Below, one piece after another: positions 55,336 through 64,000 of a stretch of DNA of 64,000 nt. This stretch comes from the human T2T-CHM13v2.0 reference genome, Homo sapiens, in NCBI RefSeq assembly GCF_009914755.1, contig NC_060936.1. One strand, 5' to 3'. How positions within the stretch are numbered: the stretch's first letter is position 1; each line of letters opens with the position of its first letter. The notes below the pieces were generated by a model that was not told the DNA's origin, searched no databases, and saw only the letters and a list, made by a program, of their open reading frames with translations. Made by a program: the position numbers and the translations under genes.

Positions 55336-55937
55336 TACACTACCCGTACTGTTCCTTATTCAGGCCATCATTATTTCTTGCTATAATTATAATAAGAGAT
55401 TCTCTACTGATCACCTTGCCTCCACTTTTGTGTCATCATAATCTCTCTTCTACTCAGCTGCCATCGTCTTCTATTAGCATCTCAGTCTCCAGAATAAAGC
55501 CCATGCCCCTTGAGAAGGCTCATACTGCCCACCATAATCTGCCTCTGCCTGTTCCTCATCCTTCAGTTTTCTTTCTACTTCATCAGCACTGAACTACCCG
55601 TAGTTCTCAATATAACTCTGGTGTTAGTTTCTTTCTTTTAACTCATGCTGTCTATGATTTCATAAATATTACCCTCTGTAGCCAGGCAAATTTTATTTTC
55701 ATATTTCAAGATCTATTTCAGGGGTCTTGTCCTCCAGGAGGATGTCCTCATGTCTCAGTGGGTGGCAGGTAAGATGTTGTTCCTCTGTGTTGCCATAACA
55801 CTCTGTGTTTCATAATATTACAGTGTAATTATCAATATACATCTCCTTTCCCTGCTTTCCCTTTATATTTTTCATACATGGACTGAGCCTTACTCCTCTT
55901 TGTATTGATGGCATCTGGCAAAGTACTTAGTGACAGA

Positions 55938-56652
55938 CACTTTGGTTGATTCCATATCTTAGCTATTGTGAATAGTGCTGCAATAAACATGGTAATGAAG
56001 ATAGCTCTCATACTGATTTCATTTCCTTTGGATGTACACCTAGAAGTGGGATTGTTGGATCACATGGTAGTTGTAGCTAAGCTAAGCGCTCATCAATGGA
56101 TGAATGGATTTTTAAAAAATGGTATATATATACAATGAAATGCTATTCAGACATAAAAATGGATGAAATCCTGTCATTTATGAAAACACGGGTGAACTTA
56201 GAGGACATTTTATTAAGTGAAATAAGCCAGACACAGAAAGACAAATACCACATAATGTCACTCATACGTGGAATCTAAAAAAGTTGATCTCATAGAAGTA
56301 GAGTGGGACAGCGGTTCCCTGTAACCACCGGGGAGGGTAAAGGAGAGAGGAGATTGGAAGAAGTTGATCAACAAATATAAAGTTATGATTAGATAGAAGG
56401 AATCAGTTCTGGTGTTCTATTGCACAGTGGGGTGACTGTAGTTAACAATAATGTACTGTATATTTAAAAAGTAGCTAGAAAAAGGAATTTTGAATGTTCT
56501 TACTACAAAGAAATGACAAATGTCGAGGTGATAGATATGCTGATTATCCTGATTTGATGATTATGCAATGTATACATAAATTGAAACATCACATTGTACC
56601 CCATAAATATGTAGGATTATTAGGCATCAGTTAAAAACAAAATAAAACTTAA
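55938..56652 (+). mobile_element. 5'-inverted (twin-primed) L1MA 3' fragment
   Basis: Antisense L1 at about 55938-56075, then sense 3'UTR at about 56087-56652. Degenerate TSD AAGTACTT(A/T)GTGA on both sides. Confidence 0.75.
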
Positions 56653-57847
56653 AAAGTACTTTGTGATAAAAACAACGATTGGTTGAGTGATTGAATAAAT
56701 GAATGTGTACATGACTTCACTGTAAACGGCATTATATCAATGGACACATTCAAGTCATTCATTGATCAGCAAAGAACTTCCTTTTATGCTATTTTGAAAG
56801 GTGTCTTTTTGTGTCTCTTATGGAGAATCCTCTTTTATTTCAATACCTGACAAATGAGTCACACCTCAACTGTAATGAAATTTTCCTTTTACTGCCAATT
56901 CTCTGTTCCTGATGGAAGGATCCATGTTAAAACTTTTTATTTTACTCCCTTTGGACTATTGTAACAATATTTTGGCTGGCGTCCCAGCACACATAATGAG
57001 CAGACTTCAGTTGCTATGAAATGTTGCTGCTCAAATCCAATCCAACACTCGATCAAATAAGCACATAACTCTGGTTTTTGTGTCATCAAAATTAGAAATG
57101 GAAAATTATTATTAGTTTCACATAGACCCTGTGCCTCTGGGAGTGAAGGCAAAATTGTTCCCCTCTGGTGTTTTGTCCACTGAGTTTAAGAGAATCAAGC
57201 AACAGGTCCTCTACTATTTCCCTCGGGAAAGTCTTTCACTGTCGAGTGGAAGTGATTTTTTAAAAAGAAAGAAAAAGAAAAAAAAAATCTCTTCAACTTG
57301 TATTAGGTTTTCTTTACTAGTTTCTTTCTAACCTCTGCTCAGTTGAACTCCAAAGCATCTCTACATGATGGAGTGTTTTTGTTTGTTTGTTTGTTTTTGG
57401 CTAAAAGGTTTATTTTCCTTTTTGATGGTTGTTGAAGATATTGCCTTTATAATGACCCATTTACTCCCAGTCACTTGGAAATGAGTTGAGTACTCCCTCC
57501 TTCACACAATCTAAATTGGTTTAACATTTTTCATTGCAAGTTATTTGTGTAATTCCCTGCACATGCTAATATATACACCTCAATCTGACTACATAGACAT
57601 CAGGTCCAAACAAATGATTTCAGGGGCCCAGGAGCGAATTACTGTATTGATCTGTTAAACAGACCTAAAATGCTTATTTGAATTTGGAAGTCACTTGCAA
57701 TCAACAGCGTTTTAGTGAAAGGCATTTCCTGTGAATGACTTAGTAGTAGGAGGCAAAGCCATGTTGCTTAATGACCTACAGGGACTGGTATTCCAAGAAG
57801 TTTCCACAAAGGCCTTTACTACTAGCAGCCTTTGGTATAAGGCTTGA

Positions 57848-58183
<336 letters not shown>

Positions 58184-59689
58184 TAAAAATAACCCTCAAA
58201 GTTAGATCTGGGGAATAGGAAAAATTTTTTCCATTCTACCTCTTCACAGTTGCATAAGACATTCACTAGGGAGGGTTTTAACACAGAGGAAAGAAAGCTT
58301 GCTGGGATTTGAAGCCAGATGGGCTACAATTCAAGTACTGATTCTCCCACTTCCTAGTTGTGAAACATTAAAAATGTTATTTGGCTTTTCTAAATCTCTG
58401 ACTTCTCATTTATAAATTGAAAATAGTAATATAATACTCATATGATTATTGTGGGGATTCAATGTTGCAATGTACGTAGTATGTCTTGGCACTGGGTTGA
58501 CAATAAAATTTAAATATTTTTCTCCCTTTCCCTTTTGCTAACAAAACTATTCTGCTATGCGAATTGATGAAGGTATGTTGGCAAATGTGAATGAACATCT
58601 GGGATGAATTTAACATGCATTTTACGAAGATAGGAAACCAAGGTACACTTTGTATTTAATTATTAATAAATTACCACAAATGATATTAAATAGAAAGTTC
58701 CATGTAAGTTCAACATACCACTGGTACTGCTAATATTATTATCTACTTAGTGATCAGCTGTCAGTCACATCCACTTAATAGCCCTCTCTTGACCTATAAA
58801 GCTCTTTAAACAATTTTTTTCCAATGTATCTGTCTATATAGCTGAATATTATTCGGGGCATCTCAATCTTGCCTGGTTTTGTCAATAGCGCGTAAATGCA
58901 TTACACTAAAAAGTTATTTCAGACATTCTGGAGGCCTTTCTTTCCTTTTGGTTTACAATTAATTGATCAAGAATGTTTAGTTTTCAAAGCAAGCAAAGTG
59001 TGTGTGTATGTTGGGGTGAGAGGGATAGTGATAGAAGCATTATGCCATTTGACTGGATCCAGTCTCTCACATTTCTATATCCTCTGGGCTGATTTTTTAG
59101 GTCTCTGAAGCATTATTCTTCATTTTGTATTATTATGTATCCTACTTTGTTGCCCAAATAATAAAAGCAGTGGAGTCTTTGGATTTAGGATGTGCGTGTG
59201 CTATGTTGGATGGGCAGCAGTGTCCCAGCCTCATGCTTCCTGATGGGTTTCTGGCTAGTTCCAAGTCAAGGCTACAGGAAGTCAGTTTGACCAAGGTCAT
59301 GTAGGAAACCTAGGGGAGGATAAAGTGCTTTGTGGATTGCAGTCTTGTGCAGATGATCTGTAAAAAAAAAAAAAAAAAAAAGGTGGTGGTGACAAGGGCT
59401 TCTAGATTGTGATACAAGCTAAGTTATGATTCAGTGAGAAGAATCCAACCTTTTTTTGTCCTCTAATTTGTTTTTCAAAAAAAGGAAAAAAAGGATTTTT
59501 GTTGCCTTAGCATTTAAGTTGCACGTTATATTTTAAGACGTTTCTTCCTTTTTTTCTTTTTATGGAACAACTCTCTGTGAGACAGATCAGTCTGTGAAAG
59601 GGGTTGAAGAAAAACAGTTCCTAAAGGCAGGTGTTTACGTTAACTTGTTTCTCTTTAGAACTAGACTCTTGTCCCATTAAAATCAGTGC

Positions 59690-60152
59690 CAGAAAAGATA
59701 AATACCCTGTGTTCTCACTCATATGTGGAAGCCAGAAAAGTTGATCTCATAGAAGTAGAGAGTAGAAAGGTGGCTTCTACTCTCATAGAAGTAGAGAGTG
59801 GGAGGCTGGGAAGCCTCCTACTTTTATAAGAGAGTAGAAAACTGGGAGGGTTAAGGGGTCAGGGAATAGCCAGAGGTTCGTTAATGGATACAAAAGTACA
59901 AGTAGATAGGAGGAATAAGGGCTCATGTTCTACAGCACTATAGCGAGACTTATAGTTAACAACAATGGATTATATATTTTCAAGTAATTAGGAGAGTGGT
60001 TTTTGAATGTTCCCACCACAAAGAAATGATAAATGTTTGAGGTGATGGATATGCTAATTAATCTGATTTGATCATTACACATTGTATACATATGTTGAAA
60101 TATCACTCTGTACCCCATAAATATGTACAATTATGTGCAAATTAAAAATAAT
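59690..60152 (+). mobile_element. L1MA 3'UTR fragment
   Basis: GTTCTCACTCATATGTGGAAGC...GAAATGATAAATGTTTGAGGTGATGGATATGC...GTACCCCATAAATATGTACAATT. Confidence 0.85.
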
Positions 60153-63099
60153 AAGTGCTAGACCAGTGTTAATTTGGCTATTTTTTACATAAATCTGCAT
60201 TAATATCTGAGACAATTAGTGGTACCTCTGTCAACTATATTTAAATCCAAGATTCAATGTGTTGAACATGGCTGAAAAGCACAAATATTTAAATCAACCA
60301 GTGCTTATTCGTGCTTAGAGGAGACACACAAAGGAAGTATTCGGACACACACACAGGAAGATGCCATAGATGGCTTCTTCGCATTTATAACTAGAAACAT
60401 GCCCACTTTCTTCCAACTCCTCCCTCTCTCACCACCCAACCCCCGTAAAAAACAGAAAAAACAAGACACAAAACCAAAATCCTGCCACAAATAACATCAC
60501 ACGCACAGACGTGTGGGACAGAAAGCCTTTGTCAAGAATGTAAGCCTCCGTGTATAGTTTTTAAAAAATTTTTTTGCTGAGGTTTTAGAGATGCTTCACT
60601 CTAAAAAAACAAGGTATAGAATTAAAAATAGAGGTTGTGGTTGGGGTGCGGAGAGAACTGAATTGCTCTTCATGGGCAAATGGTGGTAGGAGTTGGTTTT
60701 GAGAAGAGGGAGGAAAGAAGGAACAAAGGAGGTCTGAGTAGGGAAGGCAGACCTGAACCCGAATTGCTCCAGTAGCTGGCTATCTACTTTGATTCATTGG
60801 AGCAGATGATGTTATATAAGGAGAGACTGTCAAACAAAAAAAAAAAGGACAAGACTTTGCAGAAAACAAACATTTAAGAGGAAGAAGACCTGCCAGTGAA
60901 GGAGATTAAAAACAAGTTTTCCTTCTTCCAAGTCTGCTGTTTTCTTAATTTTCATAATCCAGACCTTTCCTCAGGGCATAACCATTTCCATCCTGGACTT
61001 TCTCTAATACCTTTTCTCTGAGCTCCGGACCTTGGAGAAAAGTGGGAAGCAACCTAATTTTCACCAACAGAACTGATAAGCAGCTGTATTCCATTCACCG
61101 AAAGAACACTATACAGCAGGCAAATTGACTAAGCTACGTGTATTAACAAGGAAAAGAATCTCAAAAACGTAAGATTGAATGGAAAGTATTTGTAAAATGA
61201 TAACATCTAGTACGATAACATGCTTTTCAAGGTTAAAACTAAAAAAAAATCGATAATTGTCATAGAAAAATACAAATGAATGGGCATGGTAAATAGCAAA
61301 TTCAGGATAGATGTTATCTTCAAGGAAGAAGTGAAGGGAACAAAACTGAGTAGATGTTTTTAGAGGAGGCTACATCTCTATCTGTGATCTTATTTTACTC
61401 TATTTTGTACAGGAATAGAAACTTTAACCTGAGTTTAACAGTGCATATGGCTGCCTAGCTAGAGATTAGGTTTTCCAGTCTCTCTTGCAGCTGCTTACGA
61501 TCATTTGACTAAATCCTTGCCAACTTAATGTGATTAGAAGTGATGTGTGTGACTTCCCACTCACTTTCTTAGAGGAAATTGCTTGTCTTTACCTCCTCTC
61601 ATTCCCCTTCCCCACGTGCTAAAATACCTACAAACTGCTGGTAATCCAGTCTCAATCCTCAATCCTGAAGGCACAGACTGTACCCTGGGGCACGGATCAT
61701 GGTCCTTGGGCCAAAGGTCTCATTTCATATGATCTTTGAGCTAAGATTCTGTTTTAAAATAATTTTGAAGAGTTGTGAAAAAAAGAAGAAGAATATATCA
61801 CAGATACCATAATTGGCCAGCAAAGCCTAACATATTTACTATTTTAAAATATTACAGATATTTGCCAACTCCTGTTATGGAGGATGTTGAAACAAGAGAG
61901 AAAGGACCTGAGTCCCTGAGACCTCCAAAAGCAGAGTTGCATATCTACTCTAGGTCCCCTGACTCCTATTTTTGTACTGGTACATGTGTGCAATATACAT
62001 TTCTATCTTATTTGAAGGACTGCAATTTTGGGGGGGATCTCTTTGTTATATCAGCTTAGATGATATATTAATATTAACTAATATAATAGAAGAGTATTAT
62101 TCTCAGTACTCTTTGGTATGTTTAAATAGAATTTAAGGGTCCTTCATGGATCCAATCTGCTATAGTACATAATGTGTACATTCATTCATTCATTCATCAA
62201 ATATTTACTGAGCACCTACTATGTGTCATCTACTAGGCCAGATGTTAGAGATATACTAGTGAACAAAATTTGTATGGTAATGACCTTGAAGGAGCATGTT
62301 TTTGCTCCTAAAATCTCTCTGGATTTGATCTTGCCAATAAGTAGCCTCTATGTTTCTACTCTACACCTCATTTCAGTTGAAGGAATACTGCAGAGAGGTA
62401 GTTATTTCAAATGACCCTCTACTAAAAGAGTCTGAACAAAGATTTTGAAGAGGACTTCTGGGAACATTCACGGGTTTTGAAGTTTTACTACTCTGATTCT
62501 TTAAAAAGGTGTTTGATTATTGTAAAATATATCATGCATACAAAAGTGTGTACAACCCATCTGTATGGTTTAAAGAATAATAATAAAATGAATACCCATG
62601 AGACCATCACATAGAATTAGAAATACAATGCTAGGAGTGCCTTAGAAGTCCTCTGTAGCTCCACCTTTATTGAATTCTGCTCGTTCCTCACCTTCCCAAG
62701 CAATATATACTTCCTCAGTAATATATCCCATTACATGCATATGTTGATGCGTGTAATCGTTTCATTCATTAACTTCCACTCCTATGTCTTATTTTATTAT
62801 GTAAATACAACACAGTTTGTTTGTTGACCTGTTGATGGAAATTAGATCATTTCCTATTGAGGCTATTAAGAACAACTTTGCACAAGACATCTTCCCTCGT
62901 AGTTAGAGTTTCCCTATGGTATCCATTTAGAAATGAAATTGCTGAAACATGGGATATGCCTATGTTGAATTTTCCTTAGTCATGCCAAGATAGACTTTTT
63001 TTCAAGTGGCTGTAACAATTTATATTATCACCAGAAGTGTGATAGAGACCTTCACCTTGTTTTTGGTTGAGTTTTAGTTTTAAAATTTGTCATCATTTT

Positions 63100-63768
63100 A
63101 ATTTTTTTAATGTTATTTAAGTTCCAGGGTACATGTGCAGGATGTGCAGGTTTGTTTCATAGGTAAATATGTGTCATGGTGGTTTGCTGCACCTATCAAC
63201 TCATCACCTAGGTATTAAGCCCAGAATCCATTAGCCATTTTTCCTGATGCTCTCTCTCCCTACACCACCCACCACCCTGACAGGCCCCACTGTGTGTTGT
63301 TCCTCTCTGTGTTTATGTGTTCTCATTGTTCAGCTCCCACTCATAAGTGAGAATATGTGGTGTTTGGTTTTCTGTTTCTGCATTGGTTTGCTGAGAATAA
63401 TGGCTTCCAGTTCCACCCATGTCCCTGCAAAGGACATGATCTCATTCCTTTTTATGGCTGCATAGTATTCCATGGTGTATATGTACCACATTTGCTTTAT
63501 CCAGTCTATCATTGATGGGCATTTGGGTTGATTCCGTGTCTTTGCTATTGCGAATAGTGCTGCAATGAGCATATGTATGCATGTATCTTTATAGTAAAAT
63601 GATTTATACTCCTTTGGGTATATACTCAGTAATGGGATTGCTGGGTCAAATGCTATTTCTGGTTCTAGGTCTTTGAGGAATCACCACACTGTTTTCCACA
63701 ATGTTTGAACTAATTGACATTACCACCAACAGTGTAAAAACGTCCCTGTTTCTCCACAGCCTTGCCAG
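63100..63768 (-). mobile_element. L1PA (PA7-10 age) 3' end within an older antisense L1M
   Basis: GGGTACATGTGCAGGATGTGCAGGTTTG 3'UTR. ORF 63330..63572 is the ORF2 C-terminus (MIDWIKQMWYIYTMEYYAAIK). Confidence 0.9.
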
Positions 63769-64000
63769 AAATCATAATTTTAATGTTTATGAAAGTTAAT
63801 TGTTTTTCTCTGTAGCTTCAATTTGTGTTTTTCTGATTTGCAATAAGTATTCTTCCATATACACAGGGCCATTTTTTTGCCTTTGCTATAAAATGTTCAT
63901 TCACACTTTTACTTATTTTTCTATTGGGTTGTCTTATTTTATTGATTCTACATATAAATCCTATGTCAAAAAAATATGTATAGCAAAATTTTTTCATTCT

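Overview
Human (primate) genomic DNA containing the 5' half of the orphan proton-coupled oligopeptide transporter (POT/PTR2) family gene SLC15A5 on the minus strand. Coding exons 1-4 lie at 35028-34668, 30121-29899, 15198-15029 and 2133-1913. All introns are GT-AG and the phases are compatible, giving 325 codons; the gene continues off the left edge. About 29 kb of upstream intergenic DNA follows. The rest is largely interspersed repeat: L1 (young L1PA to old L1M), L2, MIR, Alu (J/S/Y), a full-length THE1 MaLR element, solo THE1/MST/MLT/MER39-like LTRs, hAT and mariner MITEs, a U2 snRNA pseudogene fragment and microsatellites. Almost all other ORFs in the track are repeat-derived or chance. 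I see no evidence of a new multi-gene system. The most notable items are: a probable ancient LF-SINE remnant in intron 3; altered POT signature motifs in SLC15A5; an 86-bp direct repeat bracketing exon 3; a near-perfect 47-bp-arm palindrome built from flanking DNA at the 5' junction of an L1PA insertion 2.2 kb upstream of the start codon; and several other local templated-insertion or fold-back scars. Repeat subfamily names come from recalled consensus sequences and need RepeatMasker/Dfam confirmation. Boundaries of old repeats are approximate.
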